Virus record (IMG/VR): IMGVR_UViG_3300029983_000007
Coordinates: 1 to 64,000 of that record
Strand: one strand, 5' to 3'
DNA: 64,000 nt
Made by a program: the position numbers and the translations under genes. Positions 28,590 to 38,946 of the stretch are shown piece by piece; the first letter of the stretch is position 1, and every line of letters starts with the position of its first letter. The notes beneath the pieces are model-generated. The model saw only the letters and a program-made list of their open reading frames with translations. It searched no databases and was not told where the DNA came from.

Positions 28590-30005
28590 ATGAAAATTTA
28601 CTCTAATGAATATATTACAGATTTTAATAAATTAAAAAATTCTGTTATAGGGTTTGAATTTGAATTTTATACAGATAAATCATATTTTAAATTAATAGAA
28701 TTATTAAATAATACTCTTGCGCCTATTCAGGTTCATGGATATAGAAAATATCACTCTACTTTTACTCCAGATGAAAATAATTTTAAAATTGAACCAGATT
28801 TATCTGGTGGCGCTGATCTTGTTGAATTGATAACAGGACCAATACCTTATGTAAATTCAAAAATAATTTTATTGAAAATTCTTAAAGTATTAGATAAATA
28901 TGCAAGAACAGATGAAAAATGTTCAATTCACATCAATATTTCTTTTGAAGATATTGGAAATGGTAAAGTATTAGATAATTTAAATAAGTTAAAATTGATT
29001 TTATCTGTAGATGAAGAACGAATATACAACTTTTTTCCTGAAAGAAAAAATAATATCTATGCAAAAAGTGTTAAAACATTAATTCCATTTAAAGGATTTG
29101 ATTTTTCGACAAATGCAGTAGACATATTACAGAATAATGTTCAAATAGGAAATACTAAATATTATGGCATAAATTTTTTACCAGCAGAAAACATCGAAAC
29201 ATCTGGACAAAGATTAGAGTGGAGATATATTGGTGGTGATAACTATAATCAGAAATCATCAGAAATATTATCATTAATGGATTATTTTATTGCTATAACT
29301 TGGAATTGTTGTGATGCTAAATTGACTGATGATGATTTGAAAAAATTACAAAAATATTTATTTGAAAATATTAATATATTTAAGACATTTTCAAATTATA
29401 ATGATTTTATTGCTGAATTTCCAACAATTGATATTCAAGTTGATAAACTAAATGATTATAGTATAGTTAAAGCTTATTATGATACTATTTATACTAAGAT
29501 ATTTGATATAGTAAGAAATGTTTACAACCTTAAAGATTGTATTATAAATTTGGACACTGAAGTTAATAGAATTGAATTGGTTGATGCCACATTCAAAACA
29601 ATATTTGATTTATATGATTTAGATTTTATAGAATGCTCTATGAATAGTGGTAGATACACAAGCTGTAATTTTATTTCATCAGAATTAGTTAATGGCACCA
29701 TACATGGTGGAGAAATATCAGATACTGATGTATTGAACTCTAAAATAGAAAGTGCTACAATTGATTTAGATTCAGAAGTAAGTGATTGTTATTTATATCA
29801 ATGTATGATTAATTGTAGAGTAAAAGGTAATTCTGTTATAAGAATGTGTAAACTTGGACCAAATGCAATAATAGATGACTCTGTTAAAATTGCAACTGAT
29901 ACTAATAACTATTTTCATACCATTCCGACTGAAGAAGATGTTAAAAAGGGTCCAGATAATTTGAAAGATATGAAGATACCTTTCACAAAAGGTAAAAAAT
30001 GGTGA
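28590..30005 (+). CDS. Putative amidoligase (COOH-NH2 ligase) with C-terminal beta-helix-like repeats
   Basis: IGFEFEF, ELITGP, CSIHINIS, KYYGIN and LEWRYIGG motifs. Confidence 0.65.
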   Translation: MKIYSNEYITDFNKLKNSVIGFEFEFYTDKSYFKLIELLNNTLAPIQVHGYRKYHSTFTPDENNFKIEPDLSGGADLVELITGPIPYVNSKIILLKILKVLDKYARTDEKCSIHINISFEDIGNGKVLDNLNKLKLILSVDEERIYNFFPERKNNIYAKSVKTLIPFKGFDFSTNAVDILQNNVQIGNTKYYGINFLPAENIETSGQRLEWRYIGGDNYNQKSSEILSLMDYFIAITWNCCDAKLTDDDLKKLQKYLFENINIFKTFSNYNDFIAEFPTIDIQVDKLNDYSIVKAYYDTIYTKIFDIVRNVYNLKDCIINLDTEVNRIELVDATFKTIFDLYDLDFIECSMNSGRYTSCNFISSELVNGTIHGGEISDTDVLNSKIESATIDLDSEVSDCYLYQCMINCRVKGNSVIRMCKLGPNAIIDDSVKIATDTNNYFHTIPTEEDVKKGPDNLKDMKIPFTKGKKW

Positions 30006-30006
30006 T

Positions 30007-30342
30007 ATGATAATACATAAATTTAATGAAAATAATAACGAAGATTATGATGATTTTGTGAATAAAGTGAAAACTTTATTTTTAGAATTGTGGGATGATA
30101 AAATAGGAATTTCAAATTTTAAAATTGATACAAATGTTCAATATAATGTAAGTTTTAAAATTGGCTATAATTCAGTTACAAATAAAAATTTTACAGAATA
30201 TAATGAATTGTTTAAAATATTAAACAATTCTGGTCCAGAATTTCAATTCATTTCTGGTACTATGTATGCAAAGATAACTAATTTTAGTAAACTAATTGAA
30301 GATATGAAACTATTATTAAATTCAAAAAAATTTAATTTATAA
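30007..30342 (+). CDS. Putative virion-packaged protein
   Basis: MIIHKFNE...SKKFNL; paralog of the next gene (LFL.LWDD). Confidence 0.6.
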   Translation: MIIHKFNENNNEDYDDFVNKVKTLFLELWDDKIGISNFKIDTNVQYNVSFKIGYNSVTNKNFTEYNELFKILNNSGPEFQFISGTMYAKITNFSKLIEDMKLLLNSKKFNL

Positions 30343-30680
30343 TGGAAATAGATAGATTTAGAAATGAAGCAAAAATATTATCTAATGACACAAAAGAATT
30401 GTTTTTAGATTTGTGGGATGATACATTATTTCTAACTAAATTGTGTGTACAATCATATGTAGATACATCCAATAATATTTTTTATCAATTGTCTTGCTCA
30501 ATGCACAAATCTATTGATAAAGACACATATAATATTTATAAAACTTTATTTGATATTCTAGTTAGATGTGATGTTGATTTTAAGTTCGATAAAAATGAAT
30601 TATCAGCTCAATTTGAGGATATCAATACTTTTATAAAAGAAATGAAAACATTAAAAGATTCAAAAAAATTTAACATATAA
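30342..30680 (+). CDS. Putative virion-packaged protein
   Basis: MEIDRFRNE...SKKFNI. Confidence 0.6.
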   Translation: MEIDRFRNEAKILSNDTKELFLDLWDDTLFLTKLCVQSYVDTSNNIFYQLSCSMHKSIDKDTYNIYKTLFDILVRCDVDFKFDKNELSAQFEDINTFIKEMKTLKDSKKFNI

Positions 30681-31105
30681 TGATTACAAACTTTAATACT
30701 AAATCAACAGACCACAATTTTTATTATCCTTCTGTTACAGGACCCCAAGGTAAAATTCCTTTTGCTGGTACAAATTATGGTGAGGAACCAAGAATTAAGA
30801 ATTTTAAACAATATTTTGGTGAATACAGAAAGGGATCTGATAAATTTGGAAAATTAGTTGAAAGAATAATGGAATTTTTGAGATTACCAGAATTTAAAGA
30901 TAGACTTAGTGAAAATGATGGATTGAAATTCTTTATTTATGACTTTGAAGCAAGATCTCACATCAAAGTAGATAAAATAAAGCAATTATTAAGTAATGAT
31001 ACAAACCTTTATAGTTTTGATATTAAGATAGATGATAAATATATAACATTTTCTAATATAAACAAAACCAGAAAAGGTAGATATGTATCAGGTAGAAAAG
31101 ATTAA
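30680..31105 (+). CDS. Hypothetical protein
   Basis: ORF track. Confidence 0.55.
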   Translation: MITNFNTKSTDHNFYYPSVTGPQGKIPFAGTNYGEEPRIKNFKQYFGEYRKGSDKFGKLVERIMEFLRLPEFKDRLSENDGLKFFIYDFEARSHIKVDKIKQLLSNDTNLYSFDIKIDDKYITFSNINKTRKGRYVSGRKD

Positions 31106-31109
31106 ATTT

Positions 31110-32285
31110 ATGAATAAAAATTGGACATATATAATATTATTATCAATTGCGGCATTATCATTAGCAGGTACTGCCGCATATTTTTCGATATTTGGATTAA
31201 CAAAATTATTTGCTTCAGCAGGTTTAGGTATAACTATATTAGCAGCAGCACTTGAGTTTTCTAAATTAGTTACCGTATCGTATGTTTATCGTTATTGGAA
31301 AAAGATTAAACCAATATTAAGAGGATTTTATATTTTTGCTGTTGTTTTTATTATGTTTTTGACTTCGGTGGGTATATATGGATTTTTAACTGGAGCATAT
31401 CAACAATCTGCTAATAAATTAGAAAGTAGAGATTCACAAATAAAGATAATGGAAAGTAAGAAATCTCTATTTATAACTCAATTAGATATGATGAATAAAT
31501 CTATTGAGAGTTCAAATAGTAGAATTAACACTTTGTCTGGATTAAGAATACAGCAAGAAAAAAGATTAGATGATCTTTATAATAAAAAAAATAATAATGT
31601 TGCAAAAAATGCAGAGAGCCATATAGCAGGTTCAGATAATCAGATCAATATAATAAATTCTGATATTACATCAAAAATGAAACAAGTCAGTATGTATAAT
31701 GATTCTATTTCATTTTATGAACAGAAAATTATTGATTTGAAGTCATCAGATGCTACAAATGAAATTGGTCCTTATAAATTTGTTGCTAAATTGACAGGTA
31801 TTCCTATAGATAATTTAGTTAATATTGTAGCATTACTTATTATATGTGTATTTGACCCATTAGCTATCGCATTATTGATAGGTGTCAATCAATTAACAGA
31901 AAATGAAGAAAATGTAAAAAAAGAAGATGATAAAAAAGAAGATGAAGATGAAATACCTGATGTTAAAAATAATTCAGAGAATATATTAGATAATCAAATA
32001 ATATCACAAAAAAATAATATATCATCTGACAATATTAATTTTCATGATAATATTAGTTCAAATCAACAATATTACAATGATATGAAAGAAATATATGATG
32101 AATGGTTAAATGAAGAACTATTAAAAGAAAAATCAAAAGATGAATTAGTTGAAGAAAAAGTATCAGTTGAAGAAATTGAAGATTTTATGACATTATTTGA
32201 TAAAAATTACGATGAAAATGAACTAATTACTGTAATAAAAAGAGATAACTTAATTACTGAGTATCACTACGATAAAAAACACTAA
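31110..32285 (+). CDS. Multi-pass membrane protein with coiled coil (DUF4407-like)
   Basis: Three N-terminal TM helices, ALEFSKL, GIYGFL, coiled coil, FDPLAIAL. Confidence 0.65.
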   Translation: MNKNWTYIILLSIAALSLAGTAAYFSIFGLTKLFASAGLGITILAAALEFSKLVTVSYVYRYWKKIKPILRGFYIFAVVFIMFLTSVGIYGFLTGAYQQSANKLESRDSQIKIMESKKSLFITQLDMMNKSIESSNSRINTLSGLRIQQEKRLDDLYNKKNNNVAKNAESHIAGSDNQINIINSDITSKMKQVSMYNDSISFYEQKIIDLKSSDATNEIGPYKFVAKLTGIPIDNLVNIVALLIICVFDPLAIALLIGVNQLTENEENVKKEDDKKEDEDEIPDVKNNSENILDNQIISQKNNISSDNINFHDNISSNQQYYNDMKEIYDEWLNEELLKEKSKDELVEEKVSVEEIEDFMTLFDKNYDENELITVIKRDNLITEYHYDKKH

Positions 32286-32345
32286 AATCGTCAAAAAACA
32301 TAAACAACATATATAATATTTAATATAATATAAAAATAATTATGA

Positions 32346-33935
32346 TTGATGATAAAATATGATAAAATAGAAATAAAAATATCAAGTAATAATGTTAATC
32401 ATTATAGAAGTAAAGGATATGAATGTAATATTAAAGATATTATAACTATTAATGTTACTGATTTGATGAATCAATCAACAAAAAAAATAATAGCGGTGTG
32501 CGATGTATGCGGTTCTGAACAAGAAATAGAATATAGAAAATATGTTAATAATAAAAAAAATAAGAATTTTTATGTTTGTTCACCATCATGTGCTAGAGAA
32601 AAAGTGAAAATAACTAACAAAGAAAAATATGGAGATGAGAATTATTCAAATGTAGAAAAAAGAAATAAAACTTGCTTAGAAAAATATGGAGATGAAAATT
32701 ATAAAAATTTTGAAAAAACAAAGAAAACAAATTTAGAAAAATATGGGTTTGAATATACTATACAAAATAATGATGTAAAAGAAAAAAGACAAAAGACAAA
32801 CATAATAAAATTTAATTTTGATTCACCTATGAAAAATGATGAAATTAAAATTAAAAGAAGTAATACCATGATAAATAGATATGGTGTGAAAAATTATAAT
32901 AATATTGAAAAATCATTATTTGCAATAAAAAATTCAAATATTGAAAAATTGAAACTTAAATTTAACGTTAATGTAATTGATTATAAAGATAAGTTATTTT
33001 ATATAAAATGTGAAAAAGGACATGAATATAAAGCTACGTATGATATAATAAGTAAAAGATATTTATATAATACTGATATTTGTACAATTTGTAATCCAAT
33101 TGGAGTGACATATTCTAATGAGGAAAAAAAATTATCAGAATTTATATCTGAAAATTATAGTGGAGAAATAATATTAAACAATAGAAGTGTAATAAAACCA
33201 TATGAGTTAGATATTTATTTGCCTGAATTGAATTTGGCATTTGAATATAATGGATTGTATTGGCATAGTGAGCTATATAAAGAAAAAAATTATCATAAGA
33301 ATAAATATAAAATGTGTGAAATAAATAATATACAACTCATACAAATTTGGGAAGATGATTGGTTAAATATAAATGATGTTGTTAAATCAATGATATTAAA
33401 TAAGTTAGTAAAAACTAAAACTAAGATATATGCTAGAAAATGTGAAATAAGAGAAATTTATGATAATATATTAATTAAAGAGTTTTTAAACCAAAATCAC
33501 ATTCAAGGTTTTGTTGGATCAAAAATTAAAATTGGACTTTTTTATTGTAATGAGCTGGTGAGTCTAATGACATTTTCAGAAAAAACTAAAACTAAGATTT
33601 ATGAATTAAATAGATTTTGTAATAGTCTTAACACTAATGTTATTGGAGGCGCTAGTAAACTATTTAATTATTTTATAACAAATTATAAGTACGATAAAAT
33701 AATATCATTTTCAAATAATTCTTATTCTAATGGTAAATTATATGAAAAATTAAAATTTATCAAAACAACAGAACTAAAAGAAGATTATTCTTACATTGTG
33801 AATGGTATAAGAATTCATAAATTTAATTTTAGAAAAAAAGAAAATCAAATAGAAACCGAAAGAGAATTAATGTTAAGTAAAAAATGTTATAGAATTTATG
33901 ATGCTGGTAAAATAAAATTTACCTATCCATTATAA
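32346..33935 (+). CDS. Homing endonuclease (KYG repeats, PD-(D/E)XK, GNAT-like C-terminal domain)
   Basis: ELDIYLPELNLAFEYNGLYWHS, QNHIQG, ELNRFC, RIYDAG; paralog of 22003. Confidence 0.82.
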   Translation: MMIKYDKIEIKISSNNVNHYRSKGYECNIKDIITINVTDLMNQSTKKIIAVCDVCGSEQEIEYRKYVNNKKNKNFYVCSPSCAREKVKITNKEKYGDENYSNVEKRNKTCLEKYGDENYKNFEKTKKTNLEKYGFEYTIQNNDVKEKRQKTNIIKFNFDSPMKNDEIKIKRSNTMINRYGVKNYNNIEKSLFAIKNSNIEKLKLKFNVNVIDYKDKLFYIKCEKGHEYKATYDIISKRYLYNTDICTICNPIGVTYSNEEKKLSEFISENYSGEIILNNRSVIKPYELDIYLPELNLAFEYNGLYWHSELYKEKNYHKNKYKMCEINNIQLIQIWEDDWLNINDVVKSMILNKLVKTKTKIYARKCEIREIYDNILIKEFLNQNHIQGFVGSKIKIGLFYCNELVSLMTFSEKTKTKIYELNRFCNSLNTNVIGGASKLFNYFITNYKYDKIISFSNNSYSNGKLYEKLKFIKTTELKEDYSYIVNGIRIHKFNFRKKENQIETERELMLSKKCYRIYDAGKIKFTYPL

Positions 33936-34671
33936 ACCATCCAGTATTTGTTTCTGATCTAACTTTCTCTATTATAGCATCCATTTTTTCTTTACCTTGA
34001 GAAATCATGTCGGCAGCATTATATTGAAATGAACCAGGCATATTGAAATTAAATCTTCCTACTGCTTGTCCCATCCTCATTTGACATAATCCTATAAGAT
34101 ATTGTTTGAAATATACATTATCAAAAAGTTCTTCTTCTTCAATTCTTGAATATATCTCTAACATCATATCAGTATCAATCATTGTTAATAAATTTAGATG
34201 CTTGCTTATATGATTGAAATTAAATCTTAATGTATTAGTTGTCATTTTGTTTATTTGATCTGCAAAACTACTAATAACTGAACGATATACTCCTAATTCA
34301 CCTGCTGTTGTTACAAAACTTGTCAAAAATGGCTGATTAGTTACTCCAAGATTAATTGATAATTGAGGTGCTTGAATACCAAGTCTAAACATATTTGGAT
34401 TATCAATTTTAACTATTCTAACCAAATCTTCTACTTCAGGTGGTAATACAATTGTTTTATTTCTATGATACTCATCAGTGTATATAAAATCTTTTTTAAG
34501 ATAATAAAACATTTTAATTTTAGAGAATTGATAATTTTTATAAAACCAATCCAATGCTTCTTCTCTAATTAAACGAATTATTTCCATATCAGGTAAAATT
34601 TTATCAAAAAGTCCAGATATTGTCAAATCACCTTGAACGATATCAACCAATTGATCGATTGTCATTGCCAT
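33919..34671 (-). CDS. Neck/head-completion protein, T4 gp13-like
   Basis: C-terminal YFKQYLIGL...MPGSFQYN...ISQGKEK resembles the gp13 W.K.Y..AL...LPGG pattern. Confidence 0.6.
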   Translation of the reverse strand: MAMTIDQLVDIVQGDLTISGLFDKILPDMEIIRLIREEALDWFYKNYQFSKIKMFYYLKKDFIYTDEYHRNKTIVLPPEVEDLVRIVKIDNPNMFRLGIQAPQLSINLGVTNQPFLTSFVTTAGELGVYRSVISSFADQINKMTTNTLRFNFNHISKHLNLLTMIDTDMMLEIYSRIEEEELFDNVYFKQYLIGLCQMRMGQAVGRFNFNMPGSFQYNAADMISQGKEKMDAIIEKVRSETNTGWFIMDR

Positions 34672-35014
34672 AATTACAAATTATTATTTTTGGTATATAT
34701 AAATTTTAAGAATCATAAATTAAAAATTTCAGATTCTTTTATTAAATATTCTTAATATATTTTAGAATATTATTATTTAATTATTCTTTAATTAACATCC
34801 AAGTGAGTCCAGACTATATGTTCTTCAATATTAAAATTTCTAAATACTTTATCAAATATTTTTATACTATTTTATTTTTTGTAGGATATATTATTATATC
34901 TATATATAATAACAGGTAGTCAATTGATTACTGCGAGATGTGCTAATTCGTTGAGTTTTTTGATATTTGTATTTTTATATATAAAAAATAAATTAATAAA
35001 TTATATATAAAACT

Positions 35015-35656
35015 ATGGAGATATTCAAATTCGGGAATTTTGTTATAAATGAAAATATATCATTAATTGATCATGACGGTATATTATTAATTGTTGACGT
35101 TCAATCTAATTTTAAAAAATATTTTCCTACTGATCCTAATGGATTTATTAAAAAAATAGACAAATATTGTTTAGATTTTCCATCAGATGACACAGGAAAA
35201 GGAGTTTATCAAATATGGGATTCAAATCAAGGATCTAAACCAACATACAAATTTAAAAATGAGATAGATTTAATTGAAAAAAAATATGGAGTCAAAAAAT
35301 TTTATTCTAAATATAAAGGGGGGTTTAAAGAATGGATAACACACATATTTGATAATAAAACATTAGAAGAATTCAAATCTAGAAATAATGTATTTAAAAA
35401 AGGTGATGCATTTAAGTTAAGGGATAAAAATGAATTTTTGATATATATAGGAAATAATCATCAATGGTTTTACGTTAATGAAGAATTGGTAGAATTATTT
35501 AAAAAATTAAGAAATAAAAAAGTTATAATATGTGGAGGAGCAGAAGATGAATGTTTAGATGACGTGTATATAGCATTAAAGTCGTTTAATGTTAATGTAA
35601 TTAAAAATCATCAATATATATATAGTGCAGAAACAGGTAACTATTTGAAGAAATAA
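35015..35656 (+). CDS. Isochorismatase/cysteine-hydrolase-like protein with CTS-like N-terminus
   Basis: ILLIVDVQ..F and VIICGGAEDECL. Confidence 0.6.
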   Translation: MEIFKFGNFVINENISLIDHDGILLIVDVQSNFKKYFPTDPNGFIKKIDKYCLDFPSDDTGKGVYQIWDSNQGSKPTYKFKNEIDLIEKKYGVKKFYSKYKGGFKEWITHIFDNKTLEEFKSRNNVFKKGDAFKLRDKNEFLIYIGNNHQWFYVNEELVELFKKLRNKKVIICGGAEDECLDDVYIALKSFNVNVIKNHQYIYSAETGNYLKK

Positions 35657-35673
35657 AAATAAATAAATTAAAT

Positions 35674-36378
35674 ATGTTAAATTTAATAATGGCAATAAAT
35701 ATTCTCAATATATTTGAAGATTATGGTTTTATAATTACAGTTTTTTTGGTAATAATCCTAATCGCATATATGATGATTAATAGTTCTGCTAAAAGAATAA
35801 AAGAACAAGAAGATAAGATTGATTCATTGTATAATAGATTGGATAATATGATGAAAAAAATACCAAATGATGATCATTCTGATTTACCTGCTAAATTTAT
35901 GAATTTTGCTGAAAACGCGAATAAAATACAAATACAGATGTATCATTTATTGCAAATTTTTGATAGTGAAAGAATATCTATTTTTGAATTCCATAATGGC
36001 GGTAAAAATTTAGCTGGAATTGAATTTAAAAAATGTAGTAATACATATGAAGCAGTGTCATTAGAAACAAAGCCAATAATAAAAGAAATGCAAAATATGC
36101 CTCTGAGTATAAATCCTCTTTGGAATAGAATATTGGCAACTCGTGATGAAATTTGTATACCACTGGTGTCTAATCTAAATGATCATTTCTTAAAAGATTA
36201 TTTAACATCATTAGGAATAAAAACTTATTATTCAACAATTTTAGAAGATTATGACAATACCCCAATTGGACTAATAACAATGGAGTATTATAATTATACA
36301 AAAGAGTTGACATCAGAACAATTTAACGAATTTGCTGAAACAGCCATAAAAATAGCGGTATTAATAAATAAAAAATAA
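35674..36378 (+). CDS. Membrane-anchored protein with GAF-like C-terminal domain (possible holin)
   Basis: N-terminal TM helix, coiled coil, FHNGG...KCSNTYE, PIGLITMEY. Confidence 0.45.
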   Translation: MLNLIMAINILNIFEDYGFIITVFLVIILIAYMMINSSAKRIKEQEDKIDSLYNRLDNMMKKIPNDDHSDLPAKFMNFAENANKIQIQMYHLLQIFDSERISIFEFHNGGKNLAGIEFKKCSNTYEAVSLETKPIIKEMQNMPLSINPLWNRILATRDEICIPLVSNLNDHFLKDYLTSLGIKTYYSTILEDYDNTPIGLITMEYYNYTKELTSEQFNEFAETAIKIAVLINKK

Positions 36379-36389
36379 TTCATAAGAGT

Positions 36390-37022
36390 ATGAATGAAAT
36401 TGCTATCTGTGTATTTGTAGTTTTAGTTGTTATATTTTTTATTTTATTTTTAAAAAAATTACATAACACTAACAAAAAAAAATATTATATATTAATTGAT
36501 TATTTAATTAAATATATTAAAATGCTAACATATCATGAAAACATAAATTACATGAATATGTTGAAAGATTCTAGTGCGTTATTTTCTCATCCTAAAAAAG
36601 AAATATACAACTTACCATTTAATTATAGCGGAGTTTTTAAATATAATCATAAAACAGATTTTTTTTCATCAGATTTTTTGTTCACATTGAAAAATTCTGG
36701 CTACATTACTGACGGTATTATATTTGACGATTTAACAATGTCTGTTAGTATAATATCATCTGCTTCTTTTAGAAGTGAAAATGATTTTGATTGTATGTAT
36801 ATTGATGAGATAGAAACTATTAATTATAATAAATCTATGTATAAAATACATAAAGAAAGAGACATCTATAAAATATACTATAATAATATTAACAATTTAG
36901 AAAATGATGAATCAGATATAGTAGGATTCTTTTTTGCTTCTCACATAGACAAAAGTATCATATCAGAAGAAGAACAAAAAACATTATCAGATATCATATC
37001 ACAAGTAAGAGAGATAATTTAA
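36390..37022 (+). CDS. Membrane-anchored hypothetical protein
   Basis: N-terminal TM helix; IVGFFF...LSDIISQV end parallels the previous gene. Confidence 0.5.
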   Translation: MNEIAICVFVVLVVIFFILFLKKLHNTNKKKYYILIDYLIKYIKMLTYHENINYMNMLKDSSALFSHPKKEIYNLPFNYSGVFKYNHKTDFFSSDFLFTLKNSGYITDGIIFDDLTMSVSIISSASFRSENDFDCMYIDEIETINYNKSMYKIHKERDIYKIYYNNINNLENDESDIVGFFFASHIDKSIISEEEQKTLSDIISQVREII

Positions 37023-37154
37023 TATAATTTAAGATAAATTAATATTGAAATATTAAAACATATTAAATATTTATAATCCTTGATAATATATGTATCAAGG
37101 ATTTTTTATTAGGCTAAATTGTTGTATCTTTGTACTATAATTAAAAACAAAGAT

Positions 37155-37661
37155 ATGAAAAAAGAAACTCTGTATCAGTTTGAAAATGTCGAAGACATTA
37201 AAAATTTCATAGTTGGAGGTAATGCTATTTTCACATTGGAAAGTAAAGTTACTGGTAATTGGTTTACTTATAGAATCAGAAAAATGAAAAATTCTGATGA
37301 AAAAGCTCCTTTGTTTGTGTCTGTTCTCACTGGTAGTGATAATGAAGAAGCATACACTTATATGGGAGCAATTTTTAATTATAATTCATTGAGTTTTAAA
37401 TTAACAACAAAATCTAAAATAGGAACTGATGCATTATCATATAAAGCATTTATGTTCTTTTTTAATTTGTTGATGATGAACAAAACTCATAAAGATATGG
37501 GAATTTATCATAAAGGTATTTGCTGTGTTTGTGGTAGAGCTTTAACCACACCAGAGTCATTAAAAAATGGAATAGGGTCATTTTGTTCAGGAGTATTTTT
37601 TAATAAAAAAACAAATAAGGTTTCTATTAAGAATAAAAAATCTTTATCATACTCAAATTAA
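37155..37661 (+). CDS. DUF6011-like zinc-finger protein
   Basis: CCVCGRALTTPESLKNGIGSFC; TATCTTTG promoter box at 37125-37132. Confidence 0.7.
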   Translation: MKKETLYQFENVEDIKNFIVGGNAIFTLESKVTGNWFTYRIRKMKNSDEKAPLFVSVLTGSDNEEAYTYMGAIFNYNSLSFKLTTKSKIGTDALSYKAFMFFFNLLMMNKTHKDMGIYHKGICCVCGRALTTPESLKNGIGSFCSGVFFNKKTNKVSIKNKKSLSYSN

Positions 37662-37720
37662 TAATTAAATAAAATAAACAAAAAATCTTTTATCTTATAA
37701 AATAAGATAAAAGATTTTTT

Positions 37721-37930
37721 ATGTGGAAATACCTTATTATTACACTTTTCTTTAATGCCATATTATTTTATACTTATAATGTATTCGGATTTGAAGTAAC
37801 AATTATATTTGCCTTGTCTATTATTTGTTCAAGCCTTATTAATCCTACAATTCTTAATAAAAATAAGAGAGTGAATCAAAGAACAAATCAACAAATGTAT
37901 TCTACTAATAAAAACAAGATTAGAAGTTAA
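37721..37930 (+). CDS. Small membrane protein
   Basis: Two hydrophobic helices and a basic tail. Confidence 0.5.
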   Translation: MWKYLIITLFFNAILFYTYNVFGFEVTIIFALSIICSSLINPTILNKNKRVNQRTNQQMYSTNKNKIRS

Positions 37931-38595
37931 TGCTAAGAGCATATCAAAAAATTGCATTTGATAAAATTAATGATAATGATAAATCTATTATAATTTGGCC
38001 AAGGCAAACAGGTAAAAGTTATTTGATAAATAAAATAATAGAAAATTTTGTCATTAATAATTCAAATAAAAAAATCATTTTTATTACAGAATCAGAAAGT
38101 TATTTTGCTCATTCAACATTAAGAATAGAAAAGGACATAAATAATGTTGTTGTTAGGTATAATAAATATGATATTAGTTTTATAAATAATAATAAATTGA
38201 TATTTTTTTCAATAAGAAATAATATATTCCCCTTATTAAGTAATTATAATCCTCAATTAATTGTGGCCGATTGCTATAAGAAAATTCAAAAGTCGAAAAC
38301 AAATAATATATTAGAAATTAATATGTATTCTGATATTTCAAAATGTAAATGCTTGTATACATTTTTTTATGATATAAATATTATTAAAGATATTGATTAT
38401 AAAAATGATTGCTATATAAATATACTTCCATATGAAAAAATAAACAATTACTCATTTGATACTGATGAATCTATTATAAATTCAAACGTAGTAAAAGATT
38501 TGAGTTACAAACCTTGTGTATTATTAGATTATTATAATTTAACTTTCATTAGAAAACGGAAAATACAAATACTAAATAGTTTAAATTCTATTTAA
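37930..38595 (+). CDS. Degenerate terminase-like/helicase-like P-loop protein with RKRKIQIL tag
   Basis: LRAYQK...IIWPRQTGKS. Confidence 0.5.
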   Translation: MLRAYQKIAFDKINDNDKSIIIWPRQTGKSYLINKIIENFVINNSNKKIIFITESESYFAHSTLRIEKDINNVVVRYNKYDISFINNNKLIFFSIRNNIFPLLSNYNPQLIVADCYKKIQKSKTNNILEINMYSDISKCKCLYTFFYDINIIKDIDYKNDCYINILPYEKINNYSFDTDESIINSNVVKDLSYKPCVLLDYYNLTFIRKRKIQILNSLNSI

Positions 38596-38946
38596 TGCTT
38601 GTATTTTATTTTTTCTAATAATACTATTACTAGTTTTTATCCAATTATCTATATTAAAATATTCTTTACCATAAATAAAGTAGCTATTATAATACCAACC
38701 AGTTGAATCTGTTCTTGTGATACAGGATGCACCGTAAATGTTGTGTTCTTTTCTGTTGTGATAATATGTAATTATTTTATCGTAACGATTATTTATTATA
38801 AATTTAATATCTTTAGATTTTTTATATTTTTTTGGTATTTTATACCAAAAATCTTTTCCAATAATATTATTCCAACTATTATAATCACTATCTTCTATTA
38901 CTAAATAATTTATATTGTTTTCAATCGATTTATATATTTTCTTCAT
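38581..38946 (-). CDS. Hypothetical protein with RKNKIQAL tag
   Basis: ORF track. Confidence 0.5.
   Translation of the reverse strand: MKKIYKSIENNINYLVIEDSDYNSWNNIIGKDFWYKIPKKYKKSKDIKFIINNRYDKIITYYHNRKEHNIYGASCITRTDSTGWYYNSYFIYGKEYFNIDNWIKTSNSIIRKNKIQALNRI

Noticed and set aside
34700-34900. Possible decayed gene on the minus strand with several in-frame stops
   Set aside because: Too AT-rich and degenerate to assign. No start codon or recognisable motif could be established.
34913-34965. GC-richer island with imperfect palindrome GTAGTCAATTGATTAC between divergent genes
   Set aside because: Single occurrence with no supporting copy or tRNA-like fold; it could be an operator, but this is unsupported.
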